Source: Octopus bimaculoides
Lineage: Eukaryota
Assembly (NCBI RefSeq): GCF_001194135.2
Contig: NC_068990.1
Coordinates: 89,772,666-89,811,526, forward strand
Direction: 5' to 3'
Length of the DNA: 38,861 bases
The translations under genes were made by a program, and so were the position numbers. The first letter of the stretch is position 1, and every line of letters starts with the position of its first letter. Shown here one piece after another: positions 1-11,912 of this stretch. A model generated the notes under the pieces. That model did no database searches, was not told the origin of the DNA, and saw nothing but the letters and a program-made list of their open reading frames with translations.

Positions 1-208
1 GGGGGAAGGTAGGTATGGGGGGAGAAAGAGAGGAAGAGAAAGAGAGGAAGATCGAGATCAATGCAGTGGAAAGTGTATGATCAACTGGCAAGTTCTGCCC
101 TCGATCTGAATTATTTTCGATGGAAGCCATTTTCCCTGACTTTTATTCTCGTTTACAAATGTGACTGAAGGAGAAAGGTTTGTGTGCGTGTGTGTGTGTG
201 TTTGTGTT

Positions 209-239
<31 letters not shown>

Positions 240-508
240 TTGTGTGTGTGTGTGCTTGTGTGTGTGTGTGTGTGTGTGTAATCAATTTGTACATATTTTC
301 GTTGTATTTGAACTAAATAAAAATCAATTGAAATGAAATAAACCCATATTACTCATTCATATTTACACTCGCACGCATACGCACTTGTACGCAAACATAC
401 ATACACATACCCACATACATACATACATACATACATACATACATACATACACAAATACATACAGCCACACCCCGCCAAATACATGTATATATCATTCTTC
501 ACTTGTTA

Positions 509-555
<47 letters not shown>

Positions 556-1087
556 ATGTGTGTCTGTGTGTATGTATATTTATGTATACATACAAACAGA
601 CACACATATACACATTAAGTGAAAACGGAAAGATAAAGGAAGAAGCGAAATACAGCATCATAATGGAAGCGAGAGTCATTTCAGAAGTATATACACAAAA
701 ACCAGCAATTTAACGCAATAAATAATATTTAGTTTTTGATATGCTTGCAAGCTGCAGATGCCAGTCGAAACGCGAAATCTTTCTCTTTATTAATCCCTTA
801 TCAAAATTATAGCACAATGAATAGAGCAAGTAGAAGAATGAAAGTAAGAGAAAGAAAAGTCATTTATTTCTTTGCTGAGTATTGCTTGAGGTTGACGTGT
901 GCATCAATGGTGCCATCCTCTTACAATTGACTGTTCCTGTAGACTGACATAGGCTTTTGTTATACTTTATCTTAATTTCCAATGCATTCGAAATCTATTG
1001 AAAGACGTTATTTCAGTTTTGATGAGATTTATTAATTCTTGTACAAACTTCAGTGTTATCCCGAAACATACAGCAGTATACAGAAAG

Positions 1088-1225
1088 ATATCTGTGTGGT
1101 ATGAAGCTTGCTTCTCAAGCACTTGGTCCCGAGTTCGGTTTCACTGCGTAGCAACTTTTACTGTGTTTTACTGTCAAGACAGTGCCCCAGCATGGCCGCA
1201 GTCAAAAGCGACCGAAGCAGTTATA

Positions 1226-1230
<5 letters not shown>
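1088..1230 (+). mobile_element. SINE family A copy, internally deleted (head joined to 3' end)
   Basis: Degenerate head (tgtgtggtatgaagcttgctt...gagttcggtttcactgcgtagca) followed directly by the 3' segment cagcatggccgcagtcaaa, which is shared with the copies at 14169-14190 and 27529-27550. Confidence 0.6.
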
Positions 1231-1265
<35 letters not shown>

Positions 1266-1685
1266 TGGTACTCCGTCGGTTACGACGACGAGGGTTCCAG
1301 TTGATCCAATCAACGGAACAACCTGCTCGTGAAATTAACGTGCAATTGACTGAGCACTCCACAACTGTTTCAGGGATATAAAAGATATCCCATCACCAGG
1401 GACGATATGGCTGAGTACTGCACAGACACGTGTGAAACAAAGTGTGACAAGGCTGGCCTTTTGAAATACAGGTACAAGAGAAAGAGAGAGAGAGAGGAAG
1501 AAAGAGTCCGAGAAAGTTGTGGTGAAAGAGTACAGCAGGGTTCACCACCACCCCCTGCCGGAGCCACGTGGAGCTTTAGGTCATTTCGCTCAATATACAC
1601 TCACAACGCCCGGTCTGGGAATCGAAACCGCGATCCCATGACCTTGAGTCCGCTGCCCTAAACACTGTGCGATTACGCCTGCACC
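1228..1685 (-). mobile_element. Near full-length tRNA-derived SINE (family C) with (TA)n tail
   Basis: The minus strand reads gcaggcgtaatcgcacagtgtttagggcagcggactc (A-box-like) ... gcggtttcgattcccagaccggg (B-box). The body continues to ...ggaaccctcgtcgtcgtaaccgacggagtacc and then (TA)n at 1228-1262. Confidence 0.8.
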
Positions 1686-1994
1686 CATTTTAGATAATAG
1701 CATGTGATTTAAAAAAAGCTCAGCTTTATATTTCTAGTAGGCCTTGTACTGAACTATTAATATTTTTTGCCGGATTAAATCTTTTAAAAAAATGTTGGTT
1801 TCATATTTGTGAAAAACGTATATCTTCAGATTATTATTGGGGAATTCAGAGTGAGACGAGGGGAGGGAGAGGATTGAGAGAGGAATAGGGGAAATATTGA
1901 ATGAGAATGATAGCGATACATTGAGTGGATACAGAGATATAGGCTTAGAAAATAATGGCAAGCGTTCAGTCTGAAAGTACATTTGAGGTGGAGA

Positions 1995-2088
<94 letters not shown>
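1995..2088. repeat. (GA)n microsatellite
   Basis: Direct reading. Confidence 0.97.
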
Positions 2089-2091
<3 letters not shown>

Positions 2092-2170
2092 CGATAGATA
2101 GATAAACAAATAGAGACTGATTAATTTAAAGGGAAATCATAAAGGACGGAGACAAAGAAAGAGATAACAT

Positions 2171-2212
<42 letters not shown>

Positions 2213-2454
2213 TACACATATATATAAGGGAGTGTGCTTTTGTTTGTGTACGTGTGTGTCCGTGTATGTGTGTTTGTGTTTGTTTGTTTTCCCTAGAAGG
2301 AGAGAAAGAAGAAAAGAGAGAGCTTTCGTTTTAAGTATCAAATTTAAGTACCCAATAGTCACTCGCCATATCGCGATTCACCTACTCCGCTCTCAGTATG
2401 TAGCAATCCTTGTAACATCTGTTGTTATCGCAATATAAATGGATTTTTTGTGGA

Positions 2455-2868
2455 GATTATGATTTAGTTTGACAAGCTAATACTGTTAGACAGTGAAAAT
2501 TGAATTCCAGAGAAGTCATTTGCAGAAGTAGGGGATGCGTTTGATAAAGATTTGTATGCATAATAAGAAATGGTGTTGCAGACGCGGGTATCTTCGAGAA
2601 TACAACAAAATATCGGTGCTCGAAGGACTACGAGTTACGAAATTAAAATAAGTAATTATTATGAAGATTATGATTCAGCCTGACAAACTAACATTGCAAC
2701 TCATTGAAAACCGAATTTCAGAGAAATCGTTTGAAGAGTTCAGGGCGTGGGCGTTTGATAAAACTTTGTGTAATTTAAAAAAAAAAACATGGTTGAATTT
2801 TATCCGTGTGTTTTAGAATGTGACGTATGAGTTTTTGACAGATTTATGAGTTGTAAAACTAAAACATA
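2455..2868. repeat. Degenerate tandem duplication, period about 211 bp
   Basis: gattatgatttagtttgacaagctaa...gaattccagagaagtcatttg...gcgtttgataaa at 2455 recurs as gattatgattcagcctgacaaactaa...gaatttcagagaaatcgtttg...gcgtttgataaa at 2666. Confidence 0.7.
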
Positions 2869-2871
2869 TAA

Positions 2872-3245
2872 TTATTTCTTTATTGCCCACAGGGGGCTAA
2901 ACGCAGAGGGGACACACAAGGACTGACATCAATCCCAGTGCGTAACCGGTACTTATTTAACCGACTCCAAAAGGGTAAAAGGCAAAGTCGACTTCGGCGC
3001 AATCTGAACTCAGAACGTAAAGGCAGACGAAATACCGCTAAGCATTTCGTCCAACGTGCTAATGATTCTGCCAGCTTGTCGCTCTAGAACTACAATATAT
3101 ATAATTCATTCTTTATTGCCCACAGGGGGAGAAACACAGAGGGGACAAACAAGGACAGACAAAGGGATCAAGTCGATTACATCGACCCCAGTGCGTAACT
3201 GGTACTTATCTAATCGACCCCAAAAGGGTGAAAGGCAAAGTCAAT
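2872..3245 (-). mobile_element. Two tandem SINE family B copies (2872-3085 and 3105-3245)
   Basis: Both contain (minus) gactttgccttt(t/c)accctttt and the same tail, seen on plus as ctttattgcccacagggg. The first has the tRNA-like head ctggcagaatcattagcacg; the second is 5'-truncated. Confidence 0.85.
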
Positions 3246-3864
3246 GATTTTGGAAGAGATGTTTGCATCTGCGGGGCAGCTAACCTTTACGACTTTATGT
3301 ACGTATGTTATAATTTAGAAACAGTTGTTAGATGGGATACAGTCTATTTGTATTGAATTAAAAAAAGTTCTAATTGATGTAAGTCAATTGTTGTTGATCA
3401 ATATTCCTCCATTTTCGGTTTACTTTAAATTTGATTCCTGATAAACTCATGTTTATCTTTGTCATTACCTCTAATCTATGACCATAATATGCTTTCATAT
3501 GTATGTCCAGGGTTAGCATAAGTAATTATACCGGTAGTATAGCGTATACTTTTATCCCTTAGAAGGTTATCCCAACCTCTATCTCCACTAACTTATGTTA
3601 TAATTTATTTTATTTCTAGAATTCTTGCCAATAAAGAATGGATCGGTTTCTGACTTAGTTCCAGAGTTCATTCATTGGAATTCTAAACACCAACATAGTA
3701 TCTGTGGATGCATGTGTGTATGTGTGCAATATATAGAGTCAGAGGATGTGCAGATTTTCACAGTTCCGTCGATGATTTGTATCTGTAATCTAATTAGCTT
3801 TTTCCTTTCTTGTTTTGAGAATCCTAACTTCTCCAGATTGATGTTGATAACAAAGAGATTAAGT

Positions 3865-3965
3865 AACAGGCTTAAAGATAAGTACTGGAGTCGATTTGTG
3901 CAACGAAACACTTCGAGGAAGTTCCTCAACATGATAGCAACCCAATGACTGTAACAAATAACAGT
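3865..3965 (+). mobile_element. Degenerate 3' fragment of SINE family A
   Basis: aggcttaaagataagtactggagtcgatttgtgcaacg...aatgactgtaacaaata resembles aggcttacaaagaataagtactgcgggtcgatttgttcgac at 14116. Confidence 0.55.
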
Positions 3966-4727
3966 TAAAAGACACACCGTATTGAAACAGGGAAACGACG
4001 AGTATATATCGATACCTACACTTTAGTTAAACCACCACTGAGAAGGTTGACCTGCTGAGGCTGACAGTCAAACTCTTCTTCCAGTTATACACTAGTATCA
4101 TAGCAGCAGAAGAACTTTCTATATTATTGTCGTAGATATACAAAAATACTGGATGGGCAATTTTGATCATATATCTGCCTAACATGGGTTTCAATTACAA
4201 AAGGAACTAAAATAACTACGTTCTTCTAATGTTTCAAACAAAAGTGCCGTCCTCCTTTGTATCATAACATATATGTATTTCATTTTTCATCTAAACCCGA
4301 CGTTAATTGATTTTATTTTTAAGCTTAGATTTCATTGTTCAAAAATGTACAATGCATTATGGACAGATTAATAAAAAGTGGACTCTTCATTTGCGAAGTT
4401 ATGTAATGGGAGGAATAAAGACAATAACAGCAAATCAAGACAAAACATTTTCTGCAATATACCACCATTGTGACTATAATGTAGGCAATATAGTAACATA
4501 ATCAATTACACATGATTTAAGCCTAATCGACCGTCACGACATGATCTTCCGTTTATTCCATTTTTTTGCCATTTTACTTTCCAATCCTTATTCCATGCTA
4601 TTATTGTATCAGATTAATGGTTGAAGAAGAAAAAAAAAAACGGAGAATTGTAAGCCATATTGAATGACGTCAGATATTACGTTAGCGTTAACAATAATTT
4701 GTTAGATTGGTGAAGCTTCGGTAATGT

Positions 4728-4938
4728 ATTGGTTTCAAATTTTGGCACAAAGCCAGCAATTTGGGGAGGGAGTAAGTCGATTACATCGACCCTAACGCTC
4801 AACTGGTTCTTTGTTAATCGATTCCGAAAGGATGAAAGGTAAAGTCGGCCTCTGCGGAATTTTAACACACAGCGTGGAGACGGACGAAGTGGGGTAAAGC
4901 ATTTTCCCCGGTGTGCTAACAATTCTGCCAGCACGTCG
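4728..4938 (-). mobile_element. SINE family B copy
   Basis: Minus strand: gcgacgtgctggcagaattgttagcacaccgggg head, gccgactttacctttcatcctttcggaatcgattaa core, and 3' tail ccccaaattgctggctttgtgccaaaatttgaaacc. Confidence 0.8.
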
Positions 4939-5358
4939 CATTCGTCTTTGTTAATACAAGGTGAGATCACAAGGTTCCATGACTAATTTTGTGGTACAGT
5001 CTGGTGTCTCGCTGAAATTTTTACTGAGAACATACTCTTCGTGGTTAGGTGATTCGGCATCTATTTCTAGTATATAGGAGTCCACTTTTGCTGGTCATTC
5101 CTCTTATATTTGTATATATATATATATATATATATCTACCTATATACCTATATACATATATATATACACATATATATACATATATGTGCGTGCATGTGTG
5201 TGTGTGTGCTTACAATACACATACATGAATGTGTGTGCATTGTAGGCAAAAAACGTCTGAAAACTTTAGTTACTTCGAGTTTCATTTCGCAATATACATT
5301 TATATATTATTCATATATCTATTGAAAAAGTCTAACAAACTGCGAGACTGGGACATAG

Positions 5359-5400
5359 TGCGAGTGAGTGAGTGAGTGAGTGAGTGAGTGAGTGAGTGAG
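5359..5400. repeat. (GAGT)n microsatellite
   Basis: Direct reading. Confidence 0.95.
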
Positions 5401-5694
5401 CGAAAGATTGTTTTCTTATGCTTATGAGATGAGTGTATGCTAGTATGAATATATGTCAGAATGTGTGTTAGAAATTGTACATATGACCACGTGTATATGT
5501 ATACTTCTGTGTATGTGAGTTTGTGAATTCAGGAGTAAGTATGTATGCGTGTGTCTGCTTGTATCTGTATATTCTTGCATGTGTATGTGTGCCTGTAAAC
5601 TTGTATATTGATACGTGCAAATGTGTGTATACCCAAGTATAGGTATATTTATATGTCAATATTGATGTGTTTTGTTATATATGTAGATAACTAG

Positions 5695-5743
<49 letters not shown>

Positions 5744-7674
5744 GGGGTGCGTTGGTTTGTGTGTGCGTATGGTTATAAGTGAGAATGCGGGTGTGTGGCC
5801 AACTGTTTGATCCATTTATCGAACTGAAGTCGACTATAAATCAGAAAACAAATGTCAAAGTTGAAATAATAATTTTCCCTTTGTTTCGTAGCTATGTTTT
5901 CATGAGGCCATACAGGCTGGGTTTTATAGCCGTGAAGTGTCAATATCTCTTCTGCTTCCATTTAAATGATCTTCAATGGTGATGGAGTGGCTACAACCGT
6001 TGAGAGGCGGGGTAAATGTTTTGTGGCAGTTAGTAACGTTCCTCGTTTATGTTCCAATTTTGAAGTTTTGCTTGACTTTCTTTCAATGGTGATAAAATAA
6101 AAACGTGCTTCGGACCGATTTCAATCTCCTATACATGTATATTGCACAAAACCTCACATTGTTCGAGAAGAAATCTTTTTATCAACATCTGAATATCTAC
6201 ATTTTTGCACGTCTATTGAACGTATATCTTGCACATATGTGTGTCTGTGTGCGTGTGTGTGTATGTCTGTGTTTGCGGATATACATCAAGCATATATTTA
6301 TATATATATGTATGAATTCGTGTGTCTCCTACGTATGATTTCTTACATACCGCACACAAAAGCCTAATGCTCTAAGTCTCTTAAGTGGTTTATACATAAT
6401 TTTGCTGAAGCTGTTCAGGTAAAAGACCAAGGCCTACAATGTCTGGCAAAATTGACCATCCCTCCAGAACTTGGTCTCGTTTACTCAGCAACATAGCATC
6501 TCTAAGGATCTCAAGCTATTCTGATTTTCAAACCGCAGCCGATCTTTTTCAACCATCTTAGCATAAATTCTTATGCTTATGATTTAAGCTCGGTGCAGAG
6601 AGAACGAGAACGAATACTATAAAGCGTTCTATCTAATGCTTTATCGCTTCCGCCAATCGACTGTTTAACTCACCCAGTAGCAACCATCCATTATCAATAT
6701 TGAGATTGAAACCTTAGTTACAGACTTCACAGAATGCACCAGTAATTAATTTCTATAAATTGAAAAAAAAATTCTATAATTAAGTCACTTGTCTTTATCC
6801 TGAAGCGTATCTTCTAAGTTTAAAGGCGTTTAGCTCACACCCCCCAACCCCAGACACAAGCACACATATGCACGAGCATGCGTGCGCGCAGACACATTAA
6901 GAAAGAAACCATGCACAAACACCACCACATGGACTGGACTCTTCAGTTCATATTTGAAATAACGACAAAATATTTGATTCGGTTTTCAGTTTAGATTCCG
7001 CTTCGCCGCATTACAACTTGCTGCATGCACGCACAATCACCTACCACACACGCATGCGTACATACGCACGCACACACACACACGCGCGTGCACATATTCA
7101 CATACACGCTGTCGGTGCCATTGGCAGAATATTTTTAACTTGATTCCAAAAAATGTCGTTTAGAATTTGCGTCCATTTTACCATATACTTGCCTCATCAA
7201 TGAACACACAAAGACATTTACATACACACAAGCACGCACATACACACAAACGCTACACCCTCATTCATAAATTTAACGAAAGATTATTTTCTGGCGACCT
7301 GGAAATATCACTGCAGTCATCATTTAGACAAATTAATTACACCACTAACTTGCCTCTTAGACAATATGTGTGTGTGTATATGTATGTGTTTGTGTATGAG
7401 AGACACACTAAGATGCCATAATTAAAATAAGATGTGTACAATTATATTTTAAATATTCGTGTACACTCAAGTGTAGAAAGATCTTCGTTGCAGAAACGAT
7501 GTCATCGGACATTTTCCATTTTCCACGGACACCAAATCCGTTGTTTAACCCACTAAGACTGACTGTTCTTTTATCTAAATAGCAAATAATAAATTTGCTC
7601 AGGTGTGCAAAGCTTTGTCAAACAGAAGTTAATTAATTATAAGCATATTACTCAATCATGATTAAAATATAGGG

Positions 7675-8100
7675 GTGTACATTTATTTTCAGCATATTGA
7701 GGCGCACTGAAACGTGAAAAGCCGTTCGCTACGGAAACTGTTTCGGAAAAGAAATACTTGTCATAGATAAAGTGTGTGAAAAATACACGACGGTCTATGA
7801 AAGACGTTAATGCACTTCTAATTGATTAAGTTCAGCTTAACAAAGTTTTACACACATTAGTGAATGTATTATTTGTTATTTAAATACAAGAACATCAGTT
7901 CTTAATGGACTATGAACAACGGATTCGGTGTCAGTAATTGATGAAGCGTAATGATGCATGTGACATCATTCATAGCCCAGCGATGTGTCTTTCACACAGC
8001 GTGTGTATAAGGAGAATTTCTCTACCGAGACAGTTTCTGCAGCGAAAGCCATTCCACATTTTAGTGCACACGAAACAGCGCTAATAATAAATGTATACAC
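7675..8100. repeat. Degenerate inverted repeat (arms about 7675-7806 and 7972-8100), MITE/foldback-like
   Basis: 7704-7755 matches the reverse complement of 8016-8067 at 41/52 positions by manual alignment. Similarity extends to the gtgt(at)acatttatt ends. Confidence 0.7.
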
Positions 8101-8127
8101 GTACATGTTAATTCTCAGTGCTGAGTA

Positions 8128-8187
8128 TACAACTATATCTGGCCTATTGGCCTTAATTTCTCTATCTGTGTGTATTGGCATATCCCA
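8128..8187 (-). mobile_element. Fragment of an RLE-type (R4/Dong-like) non-LTR retrotransposon C-terminus
   Basis: Translates WDMPIHTDREIKANRPDIVV, the W-D-x-x-I-x-T-D...N-R/K-P-D-I motif that opens the restriction-like endonuclease domain. Confidence 0.8.
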
Positions 8188-8189
8188 GT

Positions 8190-9135
8190 ATTTGTCAGCT
8201 TCCTTAAATACTGAAAACAGTTCTTTTGTTTTGCTCGTGTTTTGTGGCTATTTGTATTATTATCAAGCTCACTTTTAGATAAAACCGACTTTTTCATAGC
8301 AGAAAGCAAAGGTTTATTCAGTAGGATAGGGTTGATAGATGAGTAATAATTAGAAATATCTAACTCAATAGACTTAGTTTGTTGTTTACTATTAATGCTA
8401 GAGGACCAGTCAATAATTTCCAAAGAATTTGACCACAAAGATAACCTAATATGTACACTCTTTAAGCCTAGAAACATGTTTATCAATAATAAATTTACTA
8501 ACCTTATCAAAATCTAATTTGGATGGGCAAATCAGTCTGACTTGAGGATCAGTATTAAAATTAAACTTATGGTCCTTTAAATTAATTCTAGACGTTCTAG
8601 GAGTGTAAGGTTCAGTCCTGATCATCAACTTGTAGATCTTCAACAATGTTTTTCACAGTTAGGTTGATGTTCATACAGCGCTCTTTGGAGGTAATTTTAT
8701 AATCCTTAGTAATTTGTTTTTCAATTAAGGAAAAATATCTTACTGGTTCCAAATGATAAAGATATCGAGCTCTATCCGAATGAATAAGAATTCCAGATTT
8801 ATTTCTAAATTCCTTGAATGAAAGTTGCAATTTTTTAAGATAAGGTTTTCTTTTCGTAGGGAATCGATAAAATTTAACATTTTTAACTATATTCCAAAGT
8901 TCAGTTTCAAAGTCTGCCAAAAATTGATTAAAAGGTGGTATCTTTCTGGATGTTTAATATGACGAAGATCAGTATCAAAATTACCATTATTATTACTCTT
9001 CTTATCGAAGTAGCATACATGCTACCTCATACGGTATATAAGTGAATTAGTCTTATTAAGCAAAATTTTCATATATTCTTTTTTGGTTGGCAAAGGTATA
9101 TCTTTTAAAGATGTGTCGATAAAATTTTCTCTATT
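8190..9135 (-). mobile_element. Penelope-like element, N-terminal and RT fragment, pseudogenised
   Basis: Frameshifted translation gives SLKDIPLPTKKEYMKILLNKTNSLIYRMR*, DFETELWNIVKNVKF, LIHSDRARYLYHL, NLKDHKFNFNTDPQVRLICPSK and IIDW...ELDISNYYSSI (RT motif A). This matches the PLE pattern LKDHKxNFxxxPxxRLIxP...DIxxFYPSI. The fragment ends before the catalytic YxDD motif. Confidence 0.8.
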
Positions 9136-10342
9136 TCAATAAAAATCAGCCGGAAGCACTCCAAACCAGTAAAATAATCGAGTATATAAACAGAACAAAA
9201 GCAGGACTAAAAAATCCTGGCAGATATCACGTAACCACTCAGTATCAAGGAATAAGATTAAATTTCCAACAAGTAGATACCAATAAATGTATGTAGAATG
9301 CAAATCCCAGTTAACACCGCGTGTATGACAGGTAAATACAAACATCTTTATGCAGAATTTTAAGAAAGTCAGAGTATTAACAACAATCAATAATATGTAC
9401 GAAGAAAATCATTTACTTATTTCAGATCACACCTTAAAAAGCCAACAATTGTTTCAAGTGCATTAAGATATGCACACATATACACATATTTTCATCAGTT
9501 ATTATAAAATAATGCTAATTCCGGTGGAAGGGTTTATTATATTAAATAAATAAATAGGTAATTAATCAATGCGACGTAAAGCATCTAAGTTTCTGTTAAG
9601 CATTACGGAGAATTTTTATCTGTAGTTTTATTATTTATTTATTTATTTATTAAGCAATAATGTACAATTCTTGCCTGCAATTTTTGTTCTTTAGATATCC
9701 AGAGACGTCATCAATTTTAGTAGATAAATATACTCATTTTCTACGTTGGCTTTTTTTCTAAGTATAGATATATATATATGTATGTGTGTGTATGTGTGTG
9801 TGTGATTATATATATGTATGTGCGTGATTATATATATANNNNNNNNNNNNNNNNNNNNNNNNNNNNNNNNNNNNNNNNNNNNNNNNNNNNNNNNNNNNNN
9901 NNNNNNNNNNNNNNNNNNNNNNNNNNNNNNNNNNNNNNNNNNNNNNNNNNNNNNNNNNNNNNNNNNNNNNNNNNNNNNNNNNNNNNNNNNNNNNNNNNNN
10001 NNNNNNNNNNNNNNNNNNNNNNNNNNNNNNNNNNNNNNNNNNNNNNNNNNNNNNNNNNNNNNNNNNNNNNNNNNNNNNNNNNNNNNNNNNNNNNNNNNNN
10101 NNNNNNNNNNNNNNNNNNNNNNNNNNNNNNNNNNNNNNNNNNNNNNNNNNNNNNNNNNNNNNNNNNNNNNNNNNNNNNNNNNNNNNNNNNNNNNNNNNNN
10201 NNNNNNNNNNNNNNNNNNNNNNNNNNNNNNNNNNNNNNNNNNNNNNNNNNNNNNNNNNNNNNNNNNNNNNNNNNNNNNNNNNNNNNNNNNNNNNNNNNNN
10301 NNNNNNNNNNNNNNNNNNNNNNNNNNNNNNNNNNNNNNNNNN

Positions 10343-10377
<35 letters not shown>

Positions 10378-11141
10378 CATACATACGTATAAATGTGCTT
10401 GCATGTGTGTACGTTTTTATGTATGTATATGTGCTTGTGTGCGTGTGTACGTGTGTATGTGTGTGTGAATATATATACGTGTATATAAGTGTGTACATAC
10501 AGACATGCATACATATGTATATGTATGTGTATACACACCGGAATACGAAGGGAAATGAGCCAGCTGAGTACTGTCAGTCGTTCCCCACTGACCAATGAAT
10601 TAATACAATATCCTAAACGAATTTATCATCTTTTTTATGTTTGATATCATTCATTATGTTTCCGTTTGTTGTGTAGTTCTCTTGTAGCTATACTCGTCCT
10701 CCTAAGCTATTTGATATCTCATATATTCTATAGTACTATAATAAATGTCACTTATGGCAACGGAGGCGATGGAGAGTATTTCAAACCTTTCCCGTCTTGT
10801 TGCTAATGTGCTTATGCACACACACACACACACACACACACNNNNNNNNNNNNNNNNNNNNNNNNNNNNNNNNNNNNNNNNNNNNNNNNNNNNNNNNNNN
10901 NNNNNNNNNNNNNNNNNNNNNNNNNNNNNNNNNNNNNNNNNNNNNNNNNNNNNNNNNNNNNNNNNNNNNNNNNNNNNNNNNNNNNNNNNNNNNNNNNNNN
11001 NNNNNNNNNNNNNNNNNNNNNNNNNNNNNNNNNNNNNNNNNNNNNNNNNNNNNNNNNNNNNNNNNNNNNNNNNNNNNNNNNNNNNNNNNNNNNNNNNNNN
11101 NNNNNNNNNNNNNNNNNNNNNNNNNNNNNNNNNNNNNNNNN

Positions 11142-11189
<48 letters not shown>

Positions 11190-11912
11190 TATATATATAT
11201 ATACATGTTATATATATATATATGTTTATATATATATATATACACACGCAAACACACACAACACACATATAAGTATGTATGTATGTATTGTGTATTTTTT
11301 CTGACCCTTTCGTTGCATTGTTTAATTTTGTTATTGTGTTTTCTCTTCTCTTCTGCGTCGCCTTTTGTTAATGTTTTAGTGTAGTGAACCAAGGAGAACC
11401 ATGGAATTAATGACAACATAAACAGCCACCATTGCCATCACAGTAACTCCACATCAAACCACACCGTGTTTGCCTGAACATGACAACGTCACCTGATTAA
11501 AAGCTGATCTCTGACGTCAATGCTCATTGTTCTTCTAGATCGACATCAATAACCTTGAACCCACCCTCTTACCCCTTCATCCTGTGCAACCATCACAGTC
11601 CTTAAGTGAAAGTGGTGCGTTTACTTTCGTCTAGCACTGTTTAGCGTTCAAATCTCACCACTGCATCATTGTGATTGCTTAACCCTTCATATCTTTTAAA
11701 GGAAATGATTTCAAACGGTGATTTTATGGTTATTAGTGTCGTTATTTTTGTCTAGATCCAGTTTAGATTTGATCCCGCAAGCCTGTGCTCTAGAGCGTTC
11801 CAGTTGTGATCATCCATCATGTTTGTATTTTTAAGCATAGTGTATCCAAAGCATCTATTCTATCGTTTCCGATTTGTGCAGGGCCGCCTGAAGGTTCTGG
11901 CAACCCGAGTTG

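Noticed and set aside
58-713. ORFs rich in HT, YI and CV dipeptides (and all similar ones across the window)
   Set aside because: Direct translations of (CA)n, (TA)n and (TG)n microsatellites, which lack stops in some frames.
5893-6011. Plus-strand exon after a strong acceptor (ttttccctttgtttcgtAG)
   Set aside because: All three frames hit stops before the next donor.
8190-9135. Selenocysteine recoding in the PLE fragment (known for some Naiad elements)
   Set aside because: The interruptions are frameshifts and a TAG at a conserved Trp; no in-frame TGA at a Cys position and no SECIS were seen.
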